This document shows positions 1 to 9,880 of a DNA stretch of 64,000 nt, one piece after another; the stretch's first letter is position 1, and every line of letters starts with the position of its first letter. The stretch comes from a bacterium (GTDB lineage Bacteria > Hinthialibacterota > Hinthialibacteria > Hinthialibacterales > Hinthialibacteraceae). The DNA lies in the NCBI GenBank assembly GCA_963662285.2, contig CAXXMV010000001.1:896001-960000 (forward strand), in the 5' to 3' direction. The notes beneath the pieces are model-generated. The model made no database searches. It was given only the letters and a program-made list of their open reading frames with translations, and was not told the DNA's origin. Made by a program: the position numbers and the translations under genes.

Positions 1-11
1 TTTATATTCCT

Positions 12-197
12 TCACTGAGAAGACCTATCATCTTCCTCAATCTGATCAGGGATTTTTTTCTTACGCAGACGCACTGCATCGCGCAGGATAAACTCAATCT
101 GCCCGTTCACGCTGCGTAAATCATGCTGCGCCCAGGCATTGATTTCTTCCCACAACTCAGGATTGAGACGTAATAAAAAACTCTTTCGTTTAGCCAT
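12..197 (-). CDS. Arc/ribbon-helix-helix family DNA-binding protein
   Basis: KSFLLRLNPELWEEINAWA..LRSVNGQIEFILRDAV matches the Arc-like RHH pattern; start moved to MAKRK (197); lies downstream of the SPFH gene. Confidence 0.85.
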   Translation of the reverse strand: MAKRKSFLLRLNPELWEEINAWAQHDLRSVNGQIEFILRDAVRLRKKKIPDQIEEDDRSSQ

Positions 198-206
198 TTT
201 ACTTTT

Positions 207-319
207 TAGATTAATGCGCCCAAAAACGTTCATATTTACGTTTCGAGAAAGCCATTAAAGATCGGCTTTCCCGAAAACAAAAGCAACAAGAAAAGAACCT
301 CGTTTCAAGAACTGCTCTA
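207..319 (-). repeat. ~114-bp MITE-like repeat, diverged copy
   Basis: Aligns nearly gap-free with 54527-54640; ends TAGA..CTCTA; central hairpin TTTCGAGAAAGCCA-8nt-CGGCTTTCCCGAAA; its terminal CTA is the TAG stop of the SPFH gene. Confidence 0.75.
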
Positions 320-1213
320 ACTATATAAAGTTCCTGCATTCACTATCGGTTGAGCATTTTCTTCACTGCATAGCACGACCAGAAGATTGCTGACCATAGC
401 GGCCTTGCGTTCTTCATCCAGTTCAACCACATTTCTTTCGCTTAATTGGGTCAAGGCCATTTCCACCATAGTCACCGCGCCTTCCACAATCTTCTTACGG
501 GCGGCGATGACTGCCTGCGCCTGCTGCCTTCTAAGCATGGCGCCTGCAATTTCAGGGGCGTAAGCCAGATGGCTGATCCGCGCTTCTTGAATAATTACCC
601 CGGCGCAGCCTAATCTTTCCTGCAATTGTTTGGATAATTCTTCATTTACTTCATCTCTGCTTTGCCGCAAAGATACATCATGCTCGCTTTCGTTGGTGTC
701 ATATGGATAGCAGCCCGCTAAATGGCGAATGGCTGCTTCGCTTTGCGTATCGACGTATTCTTCATAATCATCCACCTCGAATAACGCCTGGGCGGTGTCC
801 TGCACTTTCCAAACCACTACCGCGGCGATCTCTATAGGGTTGCCGCTTTTATCGTTGACCTTTAATTTCTCTCCATTAAGATTCCTGGAGCGCAAAGAGA
901 TTTTTTTGACGGAAATAAACGGATTGCACCAGAAAAAGCCGTTTTCTTTAACCGTGCCTTTGTAATCTCCAAAAAGCAACAACGCCGCCGCCTGATTTGG
1001 TTGAATCACATAAAAACCAACCGTCATCAAAATCGAGCAGATAAGCAACACCGCGCCCGGTATCCAAATTAAGGGCGGTCTATCATTGTTAATGCCGATT
1101 AATCCATTAACAAAACAATAAATTACTATGGCATACATAAGGATATTCATTACAAGAAATATCCACCCACTCTTACCATTGATATGTTTTTCTTGATTCT
1201 TATCCTGATTCAT
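317..1213 (-). CDS. SPFH (band 7/stomatin-like) membrane protein
   Basis: Two N-terminal TM helices; [43 protein letters not shown]-terminal IVNAGTLY. Confidence 0.93.
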   Translation of the reverse strand: MNQDKNQEKHINGKSGWIFLVMNILMYAIVIYCFVNGLIGINNDRPPLIWIPGAVLLICSILMTVGFYVIQPNQAAALLLFGDYKGTVKENGFFWCNPFISVKKISLRSRNLNGEKLKVNDKSGNPIEIAAVVVWKVQDTAQALFEVDDYEEYVDTQSEAAIRHLAGCYPYDTNESEHDVSLRQSRDEVNEELSKQLQERLGCAGVIIQEARISHLAYAPEIAGAMLRRQQAQAVIAARKKIVEGAVTMVEMALTQLSERNVVELDEERKAAMVSNLLVVLCSEENAQPIVNAGTLYS

Positions 1214-1233
1214 TTTGATCCTCCAATATTAAT

Positions 1234-1266
1234 ATGATACTACTATGATATCACTTTTATATCATT
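1234..1266. promoter_or_regulatory. Three 11-bp-periodic TGATATCA-like boxes upstream of the SPFH-RHH operon (candidate RHH operator)
   Basis: ATGATACTACT / ATGATATCACT / TTTATATCATT in tandem, 21-53 bp upstream of the SPFH start. Confidence 0.5.
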
Positions 1267-1328
1267 TATTCAATAAAAATTTCACTTTTTTCTCTATTAA
1301 TCTATAAGCCTAATGCTTTCTAATAGTT

Positions 1329-3657
1329 CAGACCTCCTGAGCTCACCCGTGGTTTGCGGTTCTCGCGGGATTTTGTTAGGATACTGGAGGGAAGGCCAAT
1401 CCTGCAGAGTATGAGGGAGTTAAAAAAATGCCGCAGACCTTATTACCTCTATTCGCATCAGGCGAAGGATTCATATCCGAGTTGATTTCCTATCAAAAAA
1501 AAGATGGATCGGTGTACTACTTTCATGCCGGATTACCGGTTTTCAGTCATGGGGAAACCGACCTTAAAAGTTTTCGCATGTTCACCAGCCAGTTGGCGGT
1601 CAGTGGAGTCTGCCGCCAAGTTGACATCGTTAGAGCCTTTGGCATCAGCGCCATCAGTATGAAGCGATGGGTCAAGAAATACCGCGAGGAAGGCCCGGAA
1701 GCATTCTTCAAAACTCCGCGCCGACGCAGCGAACATGTCCTGACGCCGGAGGTGTTGCAAAAAACCCAAGACCTCTTATCGCAGGGCGTGAGCCGTTCCG
1801 AAGCAGCGAAGCAAATGAATCTAAAATCGAATACCTTGTCGAAGGCGATCTGCGCAGGCCGCTTGACCGAACCGGTAAAAAAAAAGACCTGAACGGCAGC
1901 AACAAAAGCCAGCGCAGCGCGGCGGATCATGCCGCTCCCATGGGGATGGGATGTACGCGGGTCGTGGAGCGGGTCTGCGCGGCGACGGGGCAACTCAGCG
2001 AAGCGCCCACCCGTTTCGAGACCTCGCTGGACGTCTGCAATGGCGGCGTGCTTTGGGCGCTGCCGGCGTTATCGGCCAATGGATTGTTGACCAAAACAGA
2101 AGCCTTGTTCTCCCTGCCCAAAGGTTATTATTCCTGCATTCATATTTTCCTGCTGTTAGCTTTCATGGCCTTGATCCGGATCAAGACCAACGAACAGTTG
2201 CGCTATTTTCCGGCGGGAGAAGGGGGCAAATGGCTGGGATTGGATCGAATCCCCGAAGTGCGGACCTTGCGGGAAAAGATCAAAATCCTGGCGGCGCCCG
2301 AATCGGTCGCGCAATGGAGCCGCATCTTGTCACGGCATTGGATGGATAACAATCCAGAGGCGGCGGGAGTTCTGTATATCGATGGACACGTACGCGTCTA
2401 TCACGGCTCGCAAACTCCGCTCCCCAAACGGTACGTGGCGCGCGACCGCTTGTGCATGCGGGGCACGACCGACTATTGGGTAAACGATCAGCAGGGCGAT
2501 CCGTTCTTCGTGGTGAGCACGCCGTTCACCGCGGGATTGCTGGATATGTTGAAACGCGAGATCGCGCCGCAACTGCTGCAGGATGTTCCCAACCAGCCCA
2601 GCCCGCAACAACTCGAAGCGAATCCTTATTGCCATCGGTTTGTCATGATCTTTGACCGTGAGGGATACAGCCCAACCTTCTTCGCGGAGATGCGGACGCT
2701 CCGCATCGCCTGCCAAACCTACAACAAGTATCCCAAAGAAGATTGGCCGGAAGCGGAATTCACCGAGGTCAATGTGGAGATGCCCGGCGGCCATTCATCA
2801 CGCATGAAATTGGCTGAACGAGGGGTGTTCCTGGGCCGGGTTTTGTGGGTGAGGGAAATCCGGAAACTCACAGAAAGCGGTCACCAAACCTCGGTGATCA
2901 GTACGGATTACACCTCTGATTTCACCCGTATTGCGGCGCATATGTTCTCGCGATGGTCACAGGAAAACTTTTTCCGTTATATGATGCAACACTATGGAAT
3001 TGATCGGCTTATCGACTACGATCTCGTCAAGCCGGATGATACCGTGAAAGTGGTCAATCCCGCCTATCGTTCTTTGGAAGGCCGGATAAAAAAACAAGCG
3101 GGACGATTGGGAAGAAAGAAGGCGGAGTTTGGAACTTTGGCGCTGACGGAATCCCAGGTGGAGGAGAAAGATATCTTATCCTTTGAACAAAAAAAGGGGG
3201 AAATCAAAGAAGATATCGAGCAGTTGGAGCATGAACTGGCCGGGATGAAGGAGGAACGTAAAACGGTTGACAAGCACTTGCCGCTTAATCAACTGCCGGA
3301 GCCGGAACGGTTTTTGCAACTCGCTCCGACGCGCAAACAATTTCTCGATGCGATTAAAATGATCGCCTATCGGGCGGAGACGGCCATGGCGATGATTGTG
3401 CGAACAAAATTGGCCCGAAGCGACGATGCCCGCTCATTGATCCGGGAAATATTTGCGACGGAAGCGGATCTCATTCCGGATGAGGAAAACAAAACCTTAA
3501 CGGTGCAGTTGCACCATTTGACCAACCACCTATCGGATCAAGCCGCCCGCAACTTAGCAGCGAATCTCAACGCCACAGAAACCATCTACCCCGGCACGGA
3601 ATTGCGACTAATCTACAAACTGGTATCGGATGAAATTCCACCAGATCAGGAGGTCTG
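1329..3657 (+). mobile_element. Complete insertion sequence (2329 bp), unclassified DDE-type
   Basis: Perfect 12-bp TIRs CAGACCTCCTGA (1329-1340) / TCAGGAGGTCTG (3646-3657); 5-bp target duplication TAGTT (1324-1328, 3658-3662); higher GC than the flanks. Confidence 0.93.
1428..1892 (+). CDS. IS OrfA, helix-turn-helix DNA-binding part of the transposase
   Basis: RQVDIVRAFGISAISMKRWVKKYREEG HTH and a second HTH (SRSEAAKQMNLKSNTLSKAI); GAGGGAG RBS; ends at an A9 run. Confidence 0.85.
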   Translation: MPQTLLPLFASGEGFISELISYQKKDGSVYYFHAGLPVFSHGETDLKSFRMFTSQLAVSGVCRQVDIVRAFGISAISMKRWVKKYREEGPEAFFKTPRRRSEHVLTPEVLQKTQDLLSQGVSRSEAAKQMNLKSNTLSKAICAGRLTEPVKKKT

Positions 3658-3664
3658 TAGTTAG
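1877..3664 (+). CDS. IS OrfB, transposase catalytic region (reached by -1 frameshift from OrfA)
   Basis: YIDGH, FDREGYS and RWSQENFF motifs give a D-D-E arrangement; the -1 frame is open from 1667; A9G slippery run at 1877-1886. Confidence 0.85.
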   Translation, partial: KKKDLNGSNKSQRSAADHAAPMGMGCTRVVERVCAATGQLSEAPTRFETSLDVCNGGVLWALPALSANGLLTKTEALFSLPKGYYSCIHIFLLLAFMALIRIKTNEQLRYFPAGEGGKWLGLDRIPEVRTLREKIKILAAPESVAQWSRILSRHWMDNNPEAAGVLYIDGHVRVYHGSQTPLPKRYVARDRLCMRGTTDYWVNDQQGDPFFVVSTPFTAGLLDMLKREIAPQLLQDVPNQPSPQQLEANPYCHRFVMIFDREGYSPTFFAEMRTLRIACQTYNKYPKEDWPEAEFTEVNVEMPGGHSSRMKLAERGVFLGRVLWVREIRKLTESGHQTSVISTDYTSDFTRIAAHMFSRWSQENFFRYMMQHYGIDRLIDYDLVKPDDTVKVVNPAYRSLEGRIKKQAGRLGRKKAEFGTLALTESQVEEKDILSFEQKKGEIKEDIEQLEHELAGMKEERKTVDKHLPLNQLPEPERFLQLAPTRKQFLDAIKMIAYRAETAMAMIVRTKLARSDDARSLIREIFATEADLIPDEENKTLTVQLHHLTNHLSDQAARNLAANLNATETIYPGTELRLIYKLVSDEIPPDQEVCS

Positions 3665-3817
3665 ATACATAAATATTTTGACTTTCTATAAGTCAAAACT
3701 AATTATTTAATGCAAACCATTCCATCATGTGGGATTTTGACGATTTAATGAGATTATTTATTTGGTAATAGGAGAAGAATAACCTTTTAAGTCTATATGT
3801 TTGATGATTCTTGATGA

Positions 3818-4081
3818 TTATGAATACAGTTGGGTATGGGATCCGACTAGGATAAATATCACTCGTTCATAATTGCCTTCTACCTCAAATACTAAACGCA
3901 AGTCCCCACCTGCGGATATTGACCTAGAACCCTGAAACTTGCCATGAAGCGCATGATTCTCGAGTAGTGGATGATGCTGATTATTCTGGAAATTTTCTAA
4001 GGTCTTTTTGACTTTATCTCGTATCTTTGGGGAAAGTTTGAGAAAAGCCTTATTAAAATCTTTATGATAGCGAATTTTCAT
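3818..4081 (-). CDS. RelE/YafQ-family type II toxin (mRNA interferase)
   Basis: 87 aa basic protein; HALHGKFQGSRSISAGGDLRLVF and VGSHTQLY motifs. Confidence 0.9.
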   Translation of the reverse strand: MKIRYHKDFNKAFLKLSPKIRDKVKKTLENFQNNQHHPLLENHALHGKFQGSRSISAGGDLRLVFEVEGNYERVIFILVGSHTQLYS

Positions 4082-4312
4082 CTAGGCTTGGGTTTCTAAT
4101 TGTGTCAAATAGTCTATGGCTGCTTGGCCTTCGAGGTCTGGGCTCATATTAATACCTAGTTTGATATCTTCTTTCGCTTGAAGGATTTTGGCGGTATCTT
4201 CCTCAGAAAACTCCTCTTGTTCTTGAACAGAAATCACAAAATTAATAACTTCCTCTTGTTGATCCAGCGCAAGTTCCTGGAAATCAGTAATTACGTCTTT
4301 TGCGGTTTTCAT
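4082..4312 (-). CDS. Putative antitoxin
   Basis: 76 aa acidic protein abutting and upstream of the toxin; GGAG RBS. Confidence 0.75.
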   Translation of the reverse strand: MKTAKDVITDFQELALDQQEEVINFVISVQEQEEFSEEDTAKILQAKEDIKLGINMSPDLEGQAAIDYLTQLETQA

Positions 4313-4398
4313 TAGGTTTTCTCCATCTTTGGAAAAAATGATTCTTTCCTCACATTATATATCTAAAAAATCTGATCTTGTCAAAAGAATCCATATAT

Positions 4399-4433
4399 TA
4401 GAGCGATTATTCAAAATTATGATAACCACTCTA
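4399..4433 (+). repeat. 35-bp internally deleted derivative of the MITE-like repeat
   Basis: TAGAGCGATTATTCAAAATTATG..ACCACTCTA keeps both termini of the 114-bp family; terminal CTA is the stop codon of the adenosyltransferase gene. Confidence 0.7.
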
Positions 4434-4976
4434 TCTTTCAGGATTCCACTTAATATCATCGCGGCCTTCCTGTTGATTTTGAAACCGGGCCATAACAAAA
4501 AGCAGATCCGACAAGCGGTTCAGGTATGGCAATACAAAGGAAGGTATAGATTCATCCTCACACAACATAGCGACAGTCCGCTCGGCTCTTCTACAGACCG
4601 TTCGAGCAACATGCATGGTCGAAGCCGCCATAGAGCCGCCCGGTAAAACAAAGGCCTTTAATGGGGGTAGTTGATCAGTAAATTGATCAATCCAATCCTC
4701 AAGTGATTTGATTAATTCCGGCTTGGCTTTGAGATTCTGCGCTTCAACATCTGCCAATACGCTTCCTATAAAAAATAAATCTTCTTGTATGTGCAATAAT
4801 TTTGCAGCAGTATCTTCACTAATGCCTTGGGCTATAGCCTGACCGATAAAGGAGTTCAGCTCATCAACCGTACCATAGGCTTCAACTCTCGCTGAATGCT
4901 TGGACAACCGTTTGCCGCCAAAAAGGCCAGTAGTTCCATCATCACCCGTTTTTGTATAAATTCGAGCCATTTTCAA
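4431..4976 (-). CDS. PduO-type cob(I)alamin adenosyltransferase
   Basis: IYTKTGDDGTT, AYGTVDELNS, ARTVCRRAER and YLNRLSDLLF signature motifs. Confidence 0.95.
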   Translation of the reverse strand: MKMARIYTKTGDDGTTGLFGGKRLSKHSARVEAYGTVDELNSFIGQAIAQGISEDTAAKLLHIQEDLFFIGSVLADVEAQNLKAKPELIKSLEDWIDQFTDQLPPLKAFVLPGGSMAASTMHVARTVCRRAERTVAMLCEDESIPSFVLPYLNRLSDLLFVMARFQNQQEGRDDIKWNPER

Positions 4977-5178
4977 TTTAACTCCTTATATTCAGGCATA
5001 TTACAAACTATTTAGTTTTCCAAAGATCAAAATCTTTAACTATTCCCCCCACCCCTAAATAACTTAATAAATTACATTTAATACAAAAAATGCATTTTAA
5101 GCGCCATTTTTTATAAAAAAAAGACTATTAGTAGAGAGATTTTTATAAACCATCATACGGAAAAGAGAGGAAAAGACA

Positions 5179-5883
5179 ATGAGATTATCAGGAAAACAAC
5201 TTACATCCAAAATGTTGCTGCTAGCTATGCTATGCATCACGCAAAGCCTATTCGCGGAAACATATACCTACCAGTTTGATAAAGATACGTACACTACTTA
5301 TCACGATGTACGTATTCAAGAAAATTATGTGGATTATTCTGGTGGACTCTATTTACGAGTACGAAATCCAACCAATATCTATGGATTATTATTATTCGAC
5401 AATATTGAAGCGCCGGCAGGCCTCTATTCAGTTGAACTACAGATAATCGCCAGCGAAGTTGTCACTGCGGGAACAGTTTGTGTAGAAATATTAAAAAAAC
5501 CCAGCTGGACTGATCCTCACGCTATCTTTAACCCTCCTGCAACCAACAGCACTTATCCAACCTGGAATCATCAAAACTATTCAAGCATTGAATGGGATGC
5601 GCCCGGCGCCAGCGGCGCCGAAGACAGAGGCGCCCTGATCGGAACACAGTATATTGCCAACGCCAGCCAAACATATTCCTTCAATGGAACGTTGACAATC
5701 ACAGAAGGACAAAGCGCAGTAGGATTCATTTTGACCGCTTTGGATGCATATATAAATATATATTGCAGCGATTCATGCGGCGAATCCTACTTCCTTACGC
5801 CAAAATTAATTTTGCGTAACCGTTACCAGAGAGGCGGCCTGGATGTTAATACATTATCTAATCAACGACGGCCTTTGAGATAG
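5179..5883 (+). CDS. Secreted protein with DNRLRE/CBM96-like domain
   Basis: Signal peptide; LLLFD, PTWN..W..PGASG..DRG and PKLIL elements typical of DNRLRE-type domains. Confidence 0.6.
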   Translation: MRLSGKQLTSKMLLLAMLCITQSLFAETYTYQFDKDTYTTYHDVRIQENYVDYSGGLYLRVRNPTNIYGLLLFDNIEAPAGLYSVELQIIASEVVTAGTVCVEILKKPSWTDPHAIFNPPATNSTYPTWNHQNYSSIEWDAPGASGAEDRGALIGTQYIANASQTYSFNGTLTITEGQSAVGFILTALDAYINIYCSDSCGESYFLTPKLILRNRYQRGGLDVNTLSNQRRPLR

Positions 5884-5891
5884 GATTCATC

Positions 5892-6005
5892 CAGAGCGAT
5901 TATCAAAATTATGTTCGTTTATTATCACTTTTGATCTTTGAAAAAGCCAATCTTTTCTGGCTTTTTCGAATCGCCAATCAGAACATTATTATGAAAACTA
6001 CTCCA
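5892..6005 (+). repeat. ~114-bp MITE-like repeat
   Basis: Highly similar to 41196-41309; central hairpin TTTGAAAAAGCCA-ATCTTTTC-TGGCTTTTTCGAA. Confidence 0.9.
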
Positions 6006-6119
6006 ATTAATGATTGATATATTGCTGTATGCATTGCTTTTAGAACTAGTTGATTTAGTATTCTGCTGAGGGTGGAATAATCTATTCCACCCTCCAAATT
6101 TGTCGAAGGGGTCATTTTG

Positions 6120-7061
6120 ATGGCGCGATATGTAATTACAGGCGGAGCGGGATTCATTGGTTCTCACTTGGTTGAGCATCTTGTTAATGAAAGTCAAGAG
6201 GTGGTAGTGATAGATAATTTCACTACCGGTCTGAAAAAAAATATTCAACCCTATGCGGATGCCATAACTATCCATGAAATTGACATGCGCAATGCATCAG
6301 AAGTAATGGATGCCATGCAAGGCGCAGATTATGTGCTGCACCAGGCGGCATTGCCTTCCGTACCACGTTCAATCCAAAATCCCCATGAGACGCACGAAGT
6401 TAACATCACCGGATCACTGAATGTATTGTTCGCCGCTAAAGAAGCGGGCGTCAAACGTCTGGTATATGCCGCTTCTTCATCAGCTTACGGCGATACAACC
6501 GAAACCAGTAAACACGAAGAGATTCTTCCCAGACCTATCTCACCATACGGAGTCACAAAACTCGCGGTGGAAAATTATTGCACCGCCTTTTACGAATCCT
6601 ATGGCCTGGAGACGGTATGCCTGCGTTATTTCAATGTCTTCGGCCCACGCCAAAATCCGGATTCACCCTATACCGGAGTAATGGCGATTTTCATCCCCTT
6701 GATGCTGCAAGGCAAGCAACCCACTATTTTTGGAGACGGCAGCGCCACCCGTGATTTCACCTATATCCGCAATAACGTTCATGCCAATATGCTGGCGCTG
6801 ACCGCAGAAAAAGCGCCCGGTGAGATGATGAATATAGCATGTGGAGAAAGCCTTAGTATGCTGAAAATCGTGGAATCGATCAATAAAATTTTGGGAACCA
6901 ATATCGAACCGATTTTCGCTGAACCACGCATTGGCGATATCAAACATTCATGCGCCAACGTAGAAAAAGCCAGTAGAGTTATCGGTTATAAACCGTTGGT
7001 TAGATTTGAGGACGGATTAAAAGACACCATTGAGTGGTATAGGCAAAAATTGAATTTATAA
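6120..7061 (+). CDS. NAD-dependent nucleotide-sugar epimerase (extended SDR, WbpP/TviC-like)
   Basis: TGGAGFIG, AASSSAYG, YGVTK (YxxxK), RYFNVFGPRQNP. Confidence 0.92.
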   Translation: MARYVITGGAGFIGSHLVEHLVNESQEVVVIDNFTTGLKKNIQPYADAITIHEIDMRNASEVMDAMQGADYVLHQAALPSVPRSIQNPHETHEVNITGSLNVLFAAKEAGVKRLVYAASSSAYGDTTETSKHEEILPRPISPYGVTKLAVENYCTAFYESYGLETVCLRYFNVFGPRQNPDSPYTGVMAIFIPLMLQGKQPTIFGDGSATRDFTYIRNNVHANMLALTAEKAPGEMMNIACGESLSMLKIVESINKILGTNIEPIFAEPRIGDIKHSCANVEKASRVIGYKPLVRFEDGLKDTIEWYRQKLNL

Positions 7062-7190
7062 TCAATATTCTCTGGATTGCAACCAGATGTCTCAATAACG
7101 AATCAATTGCAAGCCACAATGGCATTCAACAAAAGTCCAACTTTGCGCGTAAATTATTGATCGATTGAGAACATCACGGGAGTTTGTTAC

Positions 7191-8534
7191 ATGAATATCT
7201 CATTATCAACTACGCCGCGCATCGCTTTCGTAGATTTAACCTTCAACTGGCCTCCTGTAGGTGGATGCTGGATCGATGCATATAACGTTATCGACGGCTT
7301 AAAGAAACGCGGCGCCGCAGTCAGCCTTTTCATGCCTGATTTCCAGACCTACTATCCTCGCGGCGCAGTAAACGCTCCCTTGCCCTTTGATTCCGTCAAA
7401 ATTCCATTCAACCGCTTCACCTTCAATTTTCAAACCGTTATGAAGCGTTTCCGCAAAAAGGTGAATCAATTCAAGCCGGATGTAATTTTCATCATGGACG
7501 GCTATTTCATGAAAAATCACCTGCTGACCGCTTTCGGACCTGAGCGTTGCTTCCTGCGTTTTTATTCTTATGAAATGCAATGCATCAATCTACATTACTA
7601 CCGCTACCACGAAAACCGCATCTGCGACCAGGGATATTTCGAAAATCCTATGGAATGCCATCGCTGTTGGTTCCACAGGATGCCGACCATCGGCAGGGCT
7701 TTACAGATCGCTCTGGGCTTCAAAGATAAGCATCCCACATTGCATTTTTCCCAGGAATATCTGGCCAGCGGCGCATTCACCGAATCCTACCGTCAAAAAA
7801 TGCTGGATAATTTCTCAAAACTAAAAGGCGCCATTGTATACAATGCTTCCATGCGTGAACAATTATCACCCTATGTTGATAATATACATACCATACCTTC
7901 GGGAGTTGATTGCAAGCAATTCACCCCCGGTCTACCGCGTCCGGTCAACCCGGAAGAACCTGTCAAAATATTTCTACCGGGCAGAGCCAATGATCCCCTT
8001 AAAGGGCTGCCCATATTAATTGAAGCGGGTGAAATTCTAGCCAAAAATAATCATAAATTTGAAATTCATTACACGGCGGCTATGGATTGCCCGACCGCCC
8101 AACCGTGGTTGATTAATCACGGTTGGATAACGCCAGACAAACTGCCTGATTTATACCGCAAGATGGATATCGTCGCCGTTCCATCGACCTGGATCGAACC
8201 ATTCGGCATCACCGCCTTAGAGGGCATGGCAACCGCGCTTCCTATAGTCGCCAGCCGCACCGGCGGTCTGGCCATGACCACCGAGCATGACGTCACTGGA
8301 CTATTAGTTGAACCGGGAGACGCCATAGAACTGGCTAACGCATTATCTAAATTAATTGAAAATCATGATTTGCGTATATCTATGGGAAAAGCAGGTAGAG
8401 AACGAGTATTACAATATTACGATTGGGATAAAATAATCGACCAGCATTACATTCCATTAATTGACCAAAAGATATCTCAAGTTCCCCAACCGGAACTACT
8501 CGCAGAAATTGAAAACGATAAATCCGAAGAATGA
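7191..8534 (+). CDS. Glycosyltransferase family 4
   Basis: KGLPIL and PSTWIEPFGITALEGMA..PIVASRTGG GT-B motifs; ATGA overlap with waaA. Confidence 0.9.
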   Translation: MNISLSTTPRIAFVDLTFNWPPVGGCWIDAYNVIDGLKKRGAAVSLFMPDFQTYYPRGAVNAPLPFDSVKIPFNRFTFNFQTVMKRFRKKVNQFKPDVIFIMDGYFMKNHLLTAFGPERCFLRFYSYEMQCINLHYYRYHENRICDQGYFENPMECHRCWFHRMPTIGRALQIALGFKDKHPTLHFSQEYLASGAFTESYRQKMLDNFSKLKGAIVYNASMREQLSPYVDNIHTIPSGVDCKQFTPGLPRPVNPEEPVKIFLPGRANDPLKGLPILIEAGEILAKNNHKFEIHYTAAMDCPTAQPWLINHGWITPDKLPDLYRKMDIVAVPSTWIEPFGITALEGMATALPIVASRTGGLAMTTEHDVTGLLVEPGDAIELANALSKLIENHDLRISMGKAGRERVLQYYDWDKIIDQHYIPLIDQKISQVPQPELLAEIENDKSEE

Positions 8535-9880
8535 ATTCAACCTCAAAAAATCCATCGCCGGGCGCGATAGTTAAAGATTTATGGTATTGGAGCCCGATAA
8601 GTTACGCCGCCTTCGCGCTGGCTCTACCCTATTATGCGCTTCGCATATTAACCGCTGCAAAATACCGCGCCGGTTTACGCCAAAGATTAACCCTGTTTTC
8701 CAATGAAGAGCAACAACAACTCAGCTCCGGCCGTTACATCTGGATGCATACCGTATCAGTCGGTGAACTGATGGCCGCCCGGCCTATAATCGAACGCCTG
8801 AAAATCGAATTTCCAGCTTTCAAAATTCTAGTAACAACCGTAACCGAAACAGGTCAGGACCTGGCGCAAAAATTGGATATTGTTGATACAGCCATTTACC
8901 TGCCGCTCGATATCTTTCCTCTTTGCAGAAAAGTCATGTCTCTGGTTGATCCCGCTTGCCTCATAATCATGGAAACGGAATTATGGCCTAATTTCATACG
9001 TTCAGCCCTAGATGCCAAAGTTCCACTATTTCTGGTTAACGCCCGGCTATCCGATAAATCATTCAAAAACTATCTACATTTCAAGCGCCTCTTTACGCCC
9101 ATACTGGCGCCATTTACCGGAATACTGGCTCAAAGCGAAGAAGACCGACAGCGCTTTCTGCAAATCGGCGCGCCTGAAAAAATCGTTTCCGCTATGGGCA
9201 ACATAAAATTTGAAGCAGCGTCGCAAATCGGCGACAGCGCAACACGTATGCACTGGAGAGAAATATTTCAAATTCAAGAAGATGAATTATTGCTGCTGGG
9301 CGGTTCAACTTTCCCCGGCGAAGAATCCATGCTGGTTCAGGTTGCTACTGATTTACGCAATCAGAATATCCCCCTTCGTCTGGCCATAGCGCCCCGTCAT
9401 GTGGAGCGATCAGCATCTATTCTGGATGAATTAAAAAATTTGGATGTTCCAGTCATACTACGTTCTCAGATCAACGAACATGCAAAAATTGATCCCCGCT
9501 CCGTCATCCTGATGGATACTATTGGAGAACTGGGCAGCGCTTACTCAGCGGCGGATATAGTTTTTATGGGAAAATCAATCTGCGGTCGCGGTGGACAGAA
9601 TCCTATCGAACCGGCGGCATGGGGCAAACCCATTCTGTTTGGCGAAAACATGCAGAATTTCAGAGATATTGCGCCTATGCTGATCAAGGGGGGAGCAGCT
9701 CAATCAGTTGCAGACAGGGCGGCATTGACGAATGCATGTTATGCCTTGTGTCAATCGTCTCAACGCCGTGATCAAATGGGACAAATGGCCAGGGACATTG
9801 TAAAACAGAATCAAGGCGCATTAGACCACATTATCGAAGCGGTCTCACCAATATTACGGGAGACCGGTAAAACCAAATGA
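8531..9880 (+). CDS. waaA: 3-deoxy-D-manno-octulosonate (Kdo) transferase
   Basis: WMHTVSVGE, ETELWPN, NARLSDKS, APRHVER, GGQNPIEPA motifs. Confidence 0.96.
   Translation: MNSTSKNPSPGAIVKDLWYWSPISYAAFALALPYYALRILTAAKYRAGLRQRLTLFSNEEQQQLSSGRYIWMHTVSVGELMAARPIIERLKIEFPAFKILVTTVTETGQDLAQKLDIVDTAIYLPLDIFPLCRKVMSLVDPACLIIMETELWPNFIRSALDAKVPLFLVNARLSDKSFKNYLHFKRLFTPILAPFTGILAQSEEDRQRFLQIGAPEKIVSAMGNIKFEAASQIGDSATRMHWREIFQIQEDELLLLGGSTFPGEESMLVQVATDLRNQNIPLRLAIAPRHVERSASILDELKNLDVPVILRSQINEHAKIDPRSVILMDTIGELGSAYSAADIVFMGKSICGRGGQNPIEPAAWGKPILFGENMQNFRDIAPMLIKGGAAQSVADRAALTNACYALCQSSQRRDQMGQMARDIVKQNQGALDHIIEAVSPILRETGKTK

Noticed and set aside
1667-1876. Predicted N-terminus of the 665-aa transposase ORF
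   Set aside because: It overlaps OrfA in another frame; the coding sequence is better explained by OrfA shifting -1 at the A9 run
5925-6275. 116-aa minus-strand ORF and similar ORFs such as 4329-4646 and 43715-43960
   Set aside because: They overlap well-supported genes on the opposite strand or run through repeat elements; no protein motifs
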